In this document: one piece after another, positions 19,533 through 28,079 of the stretch | Position numbering within the stretch: the first letter of the stretch is position 1 | How the letters are laid out: each line of letters starts with the position of its first letter | Source of the DNA: an uncultured Gammaproteobacteria bacterium | Lineage (GTDB): Bacteria > Patescibacteriota > Patescibacteriia > Magasanikbacterales > GWA2-37-8 | Direction of reading: 5' to 3' | Assembly: GCA_964596525.1 (NCBI GenBank) | Contig: CAZQUL010000001.1 | Span: 951,723-1,015,722, forward strand | DNA: 64,000 nucleotides | Program-made: the position numbers and the translations under genes | The notes under the pieces: model-generated | What the model was told of the DNA's origin: nothing | Database searches by the model: none | Seen by the model: only the letters and a program-made list of their open reading frames with translations

Positions 19533-19733
19533 ATGTTGCCCCAGGAAGCAATACAGGAATTCAAAGAGTTATACGAGAAACGCTACGGCGTAAAGCTCTC
19601 CGATGAGGAGGCTACTTTGCGTGCCAACAATCTTTTCAAGCTCTACAAGATCACCTACATGGGTGAGCCAAACATCGACGATTTCAAAGAAAAAATAGTG
19701 AAAAGCCATGATCTCAACACCAACCACAATTAG
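19533..19733 (+). CDS. Small hypothetical protein
   Basis: MLPQEAIQEFKELYEKRYGVKLSDEEA..., first gene after the leader. Confidence 0.7.
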   Translation: MLPQEAIQEFKELYEKRYGVKLSDEEATLRANNLFKLYKITYMGEPNIDDFKEKIVKSHDLNTNHN

Positions 19734-20016
19734 CGAAATACAGTTCTATCCAGTTAAACCCCAGGATGGCCTCCTTGGGTTTGTTTCGTTTGTGCTCGAC
19801 GGCAAATTCTGGATGGGATCGGTAGCAGTATTCTCCAGGCGCGAAGGCGGATATCGGTTGGTTTACCCAACACGTAAGGTGGCTGGACAGAACATCAATA
19901 TTTTTCATCCGATCAACCACGAAATCGGCGTACTGGTCGAGAAGGCCGTCAGTGAAAAAGTAGCAGAAATATTTAGTGAATCTTATGAATCAACCGAACC
20001 AGACAACACGTGGTAA
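19708..20016 (+). CDS. SpoVG-family nucleic-acid-binding protein
   Basis: ISEIQFYPV..GLLGFVSFVLDGKF....GYRLVYP.RK.....IFHPIN. Confidence 0.75.
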   Translation: MISTPTTISEIQFYPVKPQDGLLGFVSFVLDGKFWMGSVAVFSRREGGYRLVYPTRKVAGQNINIFHPINHEIGVLVEKAVSEKVAEIFSESYESTEPDNTW

Positions 20017-20413
20017 GCACACGAATTTCTTTCCGGCACCGCACACGCCATTCGACAGCGACAAATTCCGCAACGTGTTATCGCATGCCGAGCGCGATTT
20101 TCTGATGGTGCTCTGCCATCTTTCAAACCGGCACGGAGGCAAGGACGGTTGGTTCTGGCACACCGACAAATCTTTTAATACAAAGGACGGCCGCCAGCGT
20201 GGATTTGAAGCCTATGGATTCGGTACTTCGACCTGCAAGCGTGTAAGAAAGAAACTGGTAGCACTCGGCCTGATTGAAACCAGAACAAATAGTCCCGAAC
20301 ATGGGCGATGGGGCGGAACCCAGTACCGGATCAATCCACAGCTTATGTCTACCGGAGACCATAGTGGTCCCTGGTCAAAGACCACTGTGAACTCCGGCCC
20401 GGGACCACCATGA
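19985..20413 (+). CDS. Winged-HTH protein, putative replication initiator
   Basis: LSHAERDFLMVL...GFGTSTCKRVRKKLVALGLIE...YRIN, with iteron-like repeats at the 3' end. Confidence 0.55.
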   Translation: MNQPNQTTRGKHTNFFPAPHTPFDSDKFRNVLSHAERDFLMVLCHLSNRHGGKDGWFWHTDKSFNTKDGRQRGFEAYGFGTSTCKRVRKKLVALGLIETRTNSPEHGRWGGTQYRINPQLMSTGDHSGPWSKTTVNSGPGPP

Positions 20414-20470
20414 CCTCCTTATTAAGAATTAGAAAATAAAAAAGAATTATTAAGACAGTATAAGTAATAC
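20357..20470. repeat. Three GACCA-N3-TG repeats at 23-bp period followed by an AT-rich tract (putative ori)
   Basis: GACCA at 20357, 20380 and 20403; very AT-rich from ~20419. Confidence 0.5.
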
Positions 20471-20499
20471 GCACATCTGTGCATAACATAAATAACTAT

Positions 20500-21087
20500 A
20501 TGAAATTATCAACATTAACAGCATCAAAAATGCCTGGCGAAACGGAACAGCAGTACACCGCATGGATTCTGTACTGCGATGCCGGTAGTCTCACCAAGCT
20601 TCACCGCTCATGGGAAGGCCTTCAGCGAGGCTTCAGTGAATCTTCATCAGATTCCGAGGCTTTAAGAGAAAGGCTGGGACCAGCTCCAACTGTCCGAACA
20701 CTGGCACAGTGGTCTAAAAAATACCGATGGGTAGAGAGGCGCGACCTTAAACTTGCTCAGGAACTCGAGGTAATGAAAGAAAAGGTAGCCAAAATCAAAA
20801 GAGAAAAAACCTATAAGATCGCGGAGATATTCGAACGAGCACTAGTCCTGCTTTTGAAGAAAATCCGGAGCGGTTACCAGCCAACCATCCAGGAATCAAA
20901 ACAGCTCTGGGAAATGGTGAGAACCGAACTTGGCGAAACAATTAGTAAACACGAGATAGTTGCCATCAATGAAGCTGAACAAGTACCGCCGACCGAGGAA
21001 GAAAAAGAGCTGGGCCGGGCAATAGACGACGCGATCATAGAACACTACCGCAAACAAGCACAGAAACGCCGTGCGGAAAATGTTTGA
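20500..21087 (+). CDS. Hypothetical protein, terminase-small-subunit-like
   Basis: GETxQQYxAW and RTLAQWSKKYRWVER HTH followed by a coiled coil (inference from motif memory). Confidence 0.45.
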   Translation: MKLSTLTASKMPGETEQQYTAWILYCDAGSLTKLHRSWEGLQRGFSESSSDSEALRERLGPAPTVRTLAQWSKKYRWVERRDLKLAQELEVMKEKVAKIKREKTYKIAEIFERALVLLLKKIRSGYQPTIQESKQLWEMVRTELGETISKHEIVAINEAEQVPPTEEEKELGRAIDDAIIEHYRKQAQKRRAENV

Positions 21088-21149
21088 CTTCTTTCCGGCG
21101 TAGGACCAGTGTTGTAGTAGGTCGTCAAAAAATTAATGAAAACAACAAT

Positions 21150-21854
21150 ATGTCAAAAAATATAAGAATTACCGCAGTAATCGCCGTTGTAGCGGTCATT
21201 GGGGCGATTGCAGGGGTTTACGCCCTTTCAGCACACAAAGCACCGCGTGAGGCCAATGTTGCCCCAGTAGAAGGCTCTTTAAGCCAGACCGAACTGGATA
21301 AGGCAATAGCTTCACTAAAAAGCGTAGTGGAAGCAGCCGGAGGCAGGTTTGATTTTCAGGCCCAACCAACTTATGGTCACTACGGAAATTTCGGCCTTGT
21401 AAAGTATGTGAACGAAGTCAAAGGAGTGGGACTGGTTGATGAGATGTCTATCACGTTCACCGGCAAGACCAGTAACGATAATGCCGAGGTGGATTCAAAA
21501 ACCGGACAAGTAGTCTCATTCCATCACGTTGCTGATTATACTGGCGACACCAAAACATACGCCCAGCTCGAGGAAATGGTCCGTACTTTCCTCAGCAAAG
21601 TATATCCGGACTTTGTGCAGGTAGAGCCAACGCTCACTTCAGAAAACAACAGCAAGACAGGCCGTCCGGAGGGAAGCAACATCTTCTTCACATGGAATGA
21701 TATGAATTACGAGAAGCAGCTGCCCGAAGGAGTAGAAGCCGAACGCGCTCCATTCATTCAGGTCGGTATTACTTCAAGCGGTCATATCTTCAGCTACAAC
21801 AATACGATTGATCTCTACCGAAACGCGCTGAAGGAATTTAATCTCACACAATAA
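21150..21854 (+). CDS. Membrane-anchored/secreted hypothetical protein
   Basis: N-terminal hydrophobic helix after ATG 21150. Confidence 0.7.
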   Translation: MSKNIRITAVIAVVAVIGAIAGVYALSAHKAPREANVAPVEGSLSQTELDKAIASLKSVVEAAGGRFDFQAQPTYGHYGNFGLVKYVNEVKGVGLVDEMSITFTGKTSNDNAEVDSKTGQVVSFHHVADYTGDTKTYAQLEEMVRTFLSKVYPDFVQVEPTLTSENNSKTGRPEGSNIFFTWNDMNYEKQLPEGVEAERAPFIQVGITSSGHIFSYNNTIDLYRNALKEFNLTQ

Positions 21855-21855
21855 T

Positions 21856-23466
21856 ATGACCCAGGAAGTACAACCAAAACTTAAGTACTTCCTCTACGCT
21901 CGAAAATCTTCAGAACAGGAAGACAGACAGGTCCTTTCGATTGACTCGCAAAAGAGCGAATTGGAAGCACTCGCAAAACGAGAAAAACTTCAGATCGTGG
22001 AACGTCTCGAAGAATCCTACTCGGCCAAAGCACCGGGCCGTGAAGTGTTTAACGCGATGATAAAGCGTATTGAAAAAGGTGAAGCCGAGGGCATCATTGC
22101 GTGGCACCCGAACCGGTTGTCGCGTAATTCTGTCGACACCGGTTACCTGGTCTACCTCATGGATCAGAATAAGCTTCTTGATATACGCACACCCGGACAG
22201 ACTTATAAAAATACGCCGAATGATAAATTCCTGCTCAACCTTTTGTGCAGTCAGGCAAAACTTGAGAATGATAATAAGGGCGTTGATGTAAAGCGCGGTC
22301 TCCGGCGCAAAGTCGAAATGGGCTGGCACCCGGGTCCGGCACCGATCGGCTATATGAACACGCCGGACAAGATGAAAGGCTTCAAGACGATCTGCAAAGA
22401 CCCGAAGATGTTTCCGATTATTCGAAAAATGTTTGACATGATTTTAGGTGGTACATACACCTCACCAAGAGTTCATGAGATCGCGGTCAATCAATGGGGA
22501 TTAAAGAAACTTGCCCGAAGCGGTTTCTATCGTGTGCTTTATAATCCGTTTTATTACGGCTGGTTTGAGTGGCCACAAGGATCGGGCAACTGGCATAAGG
22601 GCAAGCACGAACCGATGATCACCCGTGACGAATACGACCGTATCCAGGCACTGCTCGGCCGGGGCAGCAAGCCCAAGCCCGAAACATACAGTTTCGCCTA
22701 TACCGGCATGGTGCGATGCGGTGAGTGTGGATGCATGGTTACGGCCGAGCATAAGACCAAAAGAAATAAGAATGGAAACGTTCACCGGTATATTTATTAT
22801 CACTGCACCAAACGCAAAGGTCCGTGCAAACAGAAATGCATTGAAGTAAAAGAAATGGAAAAGCAGATCACGAATACTCTGGCGCGTGTTAAACCGCCGG
22901 AAGAATTCCACAGCTGGGCAATGAAGTGGCTACAGAATGAAAACGGCCGCGAGGCGGCCGATAGAAATGCAATCCTATCTAATCAACAGAAAAATTACGA
23001 GGCGTGCGTAAAGAAACTCGACGCGCTCATCGACATGCGTGCAGTTGGGGAAATTAGTGAAGAAGAATTCACGCGCAAGAAATCAACGATCAACCAGGAG
23101 AAAGCCAAACTCCACGAACTTTTGAATGATACCGATGCCCGGGTGGACAGCTGGCTGCAGACGGCCGACAACGTGCTCACGTTCGCCAGCGATGCCAAAG
23201 AAGCCTTCACCGAACGAGGCCAGCATGCGCGAAAGGTCATTCTGTCAGCTCTCGGTTCGAACCTCCTCTTAAAAGACAAAAACATAAGCATTGACACGGA
23301 TTCTGCGCTTTTGCCGATGATTCTCGTCTCAAATACATCAAACAAAAATTCTGGCACGTTCGAACCTCCGAAAAGAGGCTCTACAAAAGAGAAAAGCCAC
23401 GCTTTAGACGTGGCAAATCCCATGTGGCTCCGGGGGTGGGATTCGAACCCACGACCAATTGGTTAA
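21856..23466 (+). CDS. Large serine recombinase (LSR2), 3' end antisense to tRNA-Asn
   Basis: YARKS, NRLSRN, NPFYYG, CGECG...YYHC zinc ribbon. C-terminal WLRGWDSNPRPIG is translated from the tRNA antisense strand. Confidence 0.95.
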   Translation: MTQEVQPKLKYFLYARKSSEQEDRQVLSIDSQKSELEALAKREKLQIVERLEESYSAKAPGREVFNAMIKRIEKGEAEGIIAWHPNRLSRNSVDTGYLVYLMDQNKLLDIRTPGQTYKNTPNDKFLLNLLCSQAKLENDNKGVDVKRGLRRKVEMGWHPGPAPIGYMNTPDKMKGFKTICKDPKMFPIIRKMFDMILGGTYTSPRVHEIAVNQWGLKKLARSGFYRVLYNPFYYGWFEWPQGSGNWHKGKHEPMITRDEYDRIQALLGRGSKPKPETYSFAYTGMVRCGECGCMVTAEHKTKRNKNGNVHRYIYYHCTKRKGPCKQKCIEVKEMEKQITNTLARVKPPEEFHSWAMKWLQNENGREAADRNAILSNQQKNYEACVKKLDALIDMRAVGEISEEEFTRKKSTINQEKAKLHELLNDTDARVDSWLQTADNVLTFASDAKEAFTERGQHARKVILSALGSNLLLKDKNISIDTDSALLPMILVSNTSNKNSGTFEPPKRGSTKEKSHALDVANPMWLRGWDSNPRPIG

Positions 23467-23499
23467 CAGCCAACTGCGCTACCGCTGCGCTACCCCGGA
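23425..23499 (-). tRNA. tRNA-Asn (GTT)
   Basis: Reverse complement TCCGGGGTAGCGCAGCGGTAGCGCAGTTGGCTGTTAACCAATTGGTCGTGGGTTCGAATCCCACCCCCGGAGCCA folds as a cloverleaf with GTT anticodon and encoded CCA. Confidence 0.97.
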
Positions 23500-23656
23500 A
23501 TTTACTGATATTATTTATATTCTTCAGTAGTATAAGCAATCATTCGCCCGACGTCAAGAATAAAAACCTTGAAAAAATGACTTTCTTATCCACACTATGG
23601 ATAGGGGGTGAGGAATAGGCTATACTACATAAATAAAGATTTTTAATTTTCGTGCT

Positions 23657-26600
23657 ATGTTTTCATTAAGGAGGTGTCGATCTTTCTTTTCTGTTCACAG
23701 AAAAACTTTTTTAGTGGCAGCGGTAGTCGTTGCCGGGTCCATTCTCAGTAGGCATGCTGCGCATGCAGCCACCAGTACGTGGGTTGGTCCTAATAACGGA
23801 ACGTGGAATACGGCCGCCAACTGGGATACGAACGCGGTGCCTACGGCGGCTGATGATGTTCTTATTGCTACCACCACGCAATTGGCAGCCCTCAATACGG
23901 TACAGGTGCCCAATGGCGTGACGATTAATTTTAATAATCTTACTATCAGTACCGGTACGTTGTATTTAACCGGTAATATTGGCACAGGCACTAATATTAT
24001 TTTGGAATCCGGTTTGTTTATCCAGAATAATAGCACGGAACAAAAGATTAACGGCGATTTTTTGGCCATAAGCGGTTTGGTGCGCAGTGAGCGTAGTGGC
24101 GTGACCCTTAATTTGCGGGCTCGTAACATTACGTTTCGCAGTCAAGCTAACATAGGTGCAGCGGGCTTGGGATTGGGTACTGGAGCTGGTGCTGGTGCTG
24201 CTTCGGGTTCGGCGGGCGGTGGCGGTGGTGGTCACTATGGTACTGGTGGTATGGGTTCTGGAGGGGCTGCTGGTGGTATTTCTTACTGCATTCCGACCGG
24301 GGTAACGACAACGGGTTCTGGCGGTGGTGCGGGCTCTACCGGTACACGCGGATTTGGAGGCGGTCTGGTTATGCTGCGAGCCCTCGACGCTATTACGGTA
24401 TCTTCCGGTGTTGCTTTTAATGCCGCCGGTGAAGATGGATCGGGCAACAGCGGTGGCGGCGGCGGTGGTGGCATACATCTTTTTGCACGAACAGTTACCG
24501 GTACTACCGGCGGCGGTGGTGCTCTCAATGTTGCTGGTGGTGCTGGTGGTACAGATGGTGGTGGTAGTGGCGGTGGCGGCTGTGTCTTGGTGCGTTATGC
24601 TACGGAGACTTCTATAACTACAGCCACTCTTTCGGCAGGAACTCCAGGTACGGGTGCAACTGCAGGTACGGCCGGTAATTTCCTCGCTACGCAAGTGGCA
24701 GCAATCAGTGCGCCGACGGCTCCCACGTCAACTTCTCAAATTGCGGCTTCTTCTATTTTGTATAGCTGGACTGCTGGAGATGGTTTGGAGAACACCTTTG
24801 TTCTTGAGAAATCAACCGACGGTATGGCGTACACGTTTGTGGCGACTACCAGCTATAGCACTACCACGTATCGCTTTACTGGCCTCGATCCTAATTCTCG
24901 TTATTGGTTCCGTGTCGCCGCGAGTGATGACCTTACGTTCCCCACTTCCTCTTACGTAACTTCTTCTCCAGTTTATACCTTAGCCAATGTTCCGAGTGCT
25001 CCTACAGTAACGTCCGTTCGCACAACAAGTCTTGACCTGACAATTAATGTTAATAGTAATCCAACAACCACGCTGTTCGCGCTTTATAATGTAACAGCTG
25101 GTAACTATATCACCACCTCTGGCTTATCTACGTCGAGCATCGTGTTTTTTGCCACATCTTCGTGGGGCGGTACGGTTGATGGTCTAACACCCGGGACTAG
25201 TTATCAGTTTTCGGCTATAGCCAGAAACGTCGATGGTTTGAGCAGTGCTACTTCGAGTGCAAGCACCGCCACAACCACACGTTCTGGTCTCACCCCTAAT
25301 ACTCCTTCAGCGCCGACAGTTACTAACGCCACCAGTTCAGCCACGACCTCGTCTCTTAATATAGTTATTAATACTAACAATAACTCGGCGACGACTACAT
25401 ACGCTATCTACGATCAAATAGACGGTTTCTATGTTGCTGCCGATGGTACAACTTCAACGGCTCCAGTTTTCTTTACTTCTTCCACCTGGAATAATGGATT
25501 TGCGGTAGGCCTGGGAATTAATAGTCCGCACCAGTATATTGTTGTAGCTCGCAGTACCGATGATGTGTATGCTACTTCTACCGCTGCCACAACGCGTTAT
25601 ACGCTTACCAATCCAGTTCTTAACTTCACCGCGACCGCTCTCTCAACCAGAACTATCCAGTTGTGGTGGGATAGCAACGGCAACCCAGATGCGGCTACAA
25701 AATATCGTTTGAGCGACAGCTTTGGTTCCTTGTATGATTTTAATGGTTTCGTCTCTTCTTCTCCTGGTTTCCCCTTGATCGATTTCGTCTCTTCTTCGTG
25801 GAATGGTTTTGCGCGCAGCCTGACTCCGAGTACGACTTATACCTTTGCCTTAAGATCTTATAATGGTAACGGAAGTTTGGGCCCTTCTAATTCAGCCAAT
25901 TCCACGACCACTTTTCCAGCCCCGGTTCCGAACATTCCTGGTATCATTGTGAGCAGTTCCGTGACCTCTTCGTCGTTCCAGTTCAGTTTTGATGTATTTA
26001 CTACAAATAGTAATTCACCGACAACGACGTATTCAGTCTACGAACTCCTTCATAATAACTATCTTGCCACCAACGGTTCAACGACAACCGTTGCTGGGTA
26101 CTTTGTCTCATCGAGCTGGGGCGGTGTTACTGTGCGCAATTTAAAACCGGCAACTCGTTACGTTTACTTGGTTACAGCTGTTAATGATTCGAGTGTATTT
26201 AGAACGTCTACCTCAAACGCTGAGATACGTACCTTGCCGGCCGTAGTTCCGGCTCCTACGGTGCAAAATATCAGCGAGACTACCGCTCAAGTCCTTATTG
26301 CTGCTGGTGACAACTCGCTTGCCGAGCAAACGGTTTATTACCGACTCTATAATTATACGAATGCTACGTATGTAGATGCTTCCGGAACTCCCACGTCGAG
26401 CCCGGCGTACTTCACCGCTGCGCAGTGGAATAACGGAACGTTAAATAGTCTCGGATCGCGCACAGATTACCAGTTCGGGATTATTCCGTTGAATGCTGCT
26501 CTTATACCTGCGGCGACAACGACGTTTAGTTTTTCTACCCTTGGCACTACAAATAGTTCGGGTGGCTCGAGTGGTGGCGGGGGCGGTGGAGGAATCTATG

Positions 26601-27073
26601 GCAGCGGATCCTTCTATAATCCATTCATCCCTGCAACGTCCACCGGTGGTACTTCCCCATCTATTCCAGGAACGCCTTTCTACATCTTCCCCGCTTCGAT
26701 TCCGCTCAGTGAATTGCCTGAACCAACGCCCGTTGTCCGTTCATCCGCCATCCGATTCTTCAATATCCCGTCAGCTACAACTACGCTTCGTCGCGGTACG
26801 GCTTTCTCCTTCCGCTATACCGTAACGAACACCTCGACGATTTCTCGCGGTGTGCGTATTGAGCGTCAATTGGTGAATAGTTCGGGTAGGATACTTTTCC
26901 GTACGAGCGCTACGCTCACCATGCGCCCCGGTCAAGTCTTCTCCACACTGCCTCGACAGGTAGTCTTGCCTTCCACACTTGCTCCAGGTAATTACTTTGT
27001 TCGCATCGTAGTTACGAGTCCGGCTGGAGTGCGCCAGATTGATTCAAACAATTTTGGGTTCTTGGTGCGCTAA
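23657..27073 (+). CDS. Large secreted surface protein: Gly-rich domain + multiple fibronectin type III repeats
   Basis: Signal peptide (AHA), W..AANW N-terminal motif, poly-Gly GGGGGG segments, repeated L.P.T.Y.F.V.A FN3 motifs, Ser/Thr-rich. Confidence 0.8.
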   Translation: MFSLRRCRSFFSVHRKTFLVAAVVVAGSILSRHAAHAATSTWVGPNNGTWNTAANWDTNAVPTAADDVLIATTTQLAALNTVQVPNGVTINFNNLTISTGTLYLTGNIGTGTNIILESGLFIQNNSTEQKINGDFLAISGLVRSERSGVTLNLRARNITFRSQANIGAAGLGLGTGAGAGAASGSAGGGGGGHYGTGGMGSGGAAGGISYCIPTGVTTTGSGGGAGSTGTRGFGGGLVMLRALDAITVSSGVAFNAAGEDGSGNSGGGGGGGIHLFARTVTGTTGGGGALNVAGGAGGTDGGGSGGGGCVLVRYATETSITTATLSAGTPGTGATAGTAGNFLATQVAAISAPTAPTSTSQIAASSILYSWTAGDGLENTFVLEKSTDGMAYTFVATTSYSTTTYRFTGLDPNSRYWFRVAASDDLTFPTSSYVTSSPVYTLANVPSAPTVTSVRTTSLDLTINVNSNPTTTLFALYNVTAGNYITTSGLSTSSIVFFATSSWGGTVDGLTPGTSYQFSAIARNVDGLSSATSSASTATTTRSGLTPNTPSAPTVTNATSSATTSSLNIVINTNNNSATTTYAIYDQIDGFYVAADGTTSTAPVFFTSSTWNNGFAVGLGINSPHQYIVVARSTDDVYATSTAATTRYTLTNPVLNFTATALSTRTIQLWWDSNGNPDAATKYRLSDSFGSLYDFNGFVSSSPGFPLIDFVSSSWNGFARSLTPSTTYTFALRSYNGNGSLGPSNSANSTTTFPAPVPNIPGIIVSSSVTSSSFQFSFDVFTTNSNSPTTTYSVYELLHNNYLATNGSTTTVAGYFVSSSWGGVTVRNLKPATRYVYLVTAVNDSSVFRTSTSNAEIRTLPAVVPAPTVQNISETTAQVLIAAGDNSLAEQTVYYRLYNYTNATYVDASGTPTSSPAYFTAAQWNNGTLNSLGSRTDYQFGIIPLNAALIPAATTTFSFSTLGTTNSSGGSSGGGGGGGIYGSGSFYNPFIPATSTGGTSPSIPGTPFYIFPASIPLSELPEPTPVVRSSAIRFFNIPSATTTLRRGTAFSFRYTVTNTSTISRGVRIERQLVNSSGRILFRTSATLTMRPGQVFSTLPRQVVLPSTLAPGNYFVRIVVTSPAGVRQIDSNNFGFLVR

Positions 27074-27094
27074 AACCTCATTCTGCATGACAAT

Positions 27095-27120
27095 AAAACC
27101 CGCGGTGAAACGCGGGTTTT
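27095..27120. terminator. Intrinsic terminator
   Basis: AAAACCCGCG-GTGAAA-CGCGGGTTTT. Confidence 0.8.
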
Positions 27121-27133
27121 AGATTGTTATATG

Positions 27134-27197
27134 TTGACATTTACTTTGTAGGATGGTATAAAGACGCGTTCCTTTAAACCAGAAAAGACCACGGAGG
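27134..27197 (+). promoter_or_regulatory. sigma70 promoter, boxA-like motif and SD
   Basis: TTGACA-N17-TATAAA with extended TG, CGTTCCTTTAAAC at 27167, GGAGG at 27193. Confidence 0.65.
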
Positions 27198-27203
27198 TTC
27201 CGC

Positions 27204-27587
27204 GTGCACCACGAATTTATGGCTCAGCAGCTAAGAAGGCGGGAACTTGCGCTTGAAACGGAAATTGAGACTCTAAGAAAAGCTCTTTTTAGATGCAGGA
27301 TTACAGATATACTGACCGTGGTTTATGGGCTTTTGGCCGTCCTATTCCTCCTCCTGTGCGGGCTACGTTATACAACCTCCATGGCGGTTCTTTGTTTTGT
27401 AGGGTGGTGTGCGGCACTGGCAGGGGTCGGTCTGCTCGCCGATGAAAGCGTGCGTGATCGGGACGAGCTTAGCCGTTGCTACCGTGCGATCGAACGCTCG
27501 CTGCGGTTTGTTCCTTATGAGATTCGTTTGATGTGGTTAGAAACCAAGGGTCTCTCAGCTTATTTTTCCGCTTATTTAAGGCGCTAG
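27204..27587 (+). CDS. Hypothetical two-TM protein
   Basis: GTG start 6 nt after GGAGG, two hydrophobic segments. Confidence 0.65.
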   Translation: MHHEFMAQQLRRRELALETEIETLRKALFRCRITDILTVVYGLLAVLFLLLCGLRYTTSMAVLCFVGWCAALAGVGLLADESVRDRDELSRCYRAIERSLRFVPYEIRLMWLETKGLSAYFSAYLRR

Positions 27588-27696
27588 CCGCCTTTCCCGC
27601 GGTAGCCGCCATCCTGATAAACAGCTGGCGGTTTTTTGTTACGTGCATGTGTGCTAAACTTTCTAAGTCTCTTTACCAAAAAAGCGAGGGTGAACT

Positions 27697-28047
27697 ATGA
27701 AGCGGATCGGTCTGAGTATCGCTAGCCTGTTGGTATCTTCTGGCGTCGTTTTAGCTAGCCCCAATCCATGTCCGGCCAACCTGCCGGATTCGGTGCTAAA
27801 GCGTACGGCATCTTGCAACATAAATCCGACCGACGTAGAGGTTATAAAGGGTCCTGAAAAAGGGGATAGCGGTAATGCTCTCTACGAAGACGTGTATCTT
27901 TTCTGCGGCGGAAAACTTACTTCAAATATTTTTCCGGATGTAGCGGTAAAAGCCGTGTGCTGGTCTATCGATAAAACTACCGCAACGGTTTGGTATGAGG
28001 TTTTGGATATACCCAAAACCCCGCTGCCGCCTTCGGTAAAAAAGTAG
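27697..28047 (+). CDS. Small secreted Cys-containing protein
   Basis: Signal peptide, 4 Cys, GAGGG SD-like motif, downstream hairpin. Confidence 0.7.
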   Translation: MKRIGLSIASLLVSSGVVLASPNPCPANLPDSVLKRTASCNINPTDVEVIKGPEKGDSGNALYEDVYLFCGGKLTSNIFPDVAVKAVCWSIDKTTATVWYEVLDIPKTPLPPSVKK

Positions 28048-28079
28048 GCAACGGCCCTTCTAAGGAGGGGCTTTTCTGT

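Larger units (their letters stand above)
12731..23432. mobile_element. Integrative element 2 (~10.7 kb) inserted at the tRNA-Asn 3' end
   Basis: Bounded by GCTCCG cores. Contains LSR2, a replication-like module, copper cargo and an IS3. Confidence 0.65.

Noticed and set aside
23424-23618. 64-aa ORF MAPGVGFEPTT…
   Set aside because: It is the antisense translation of tRNA-Asn.
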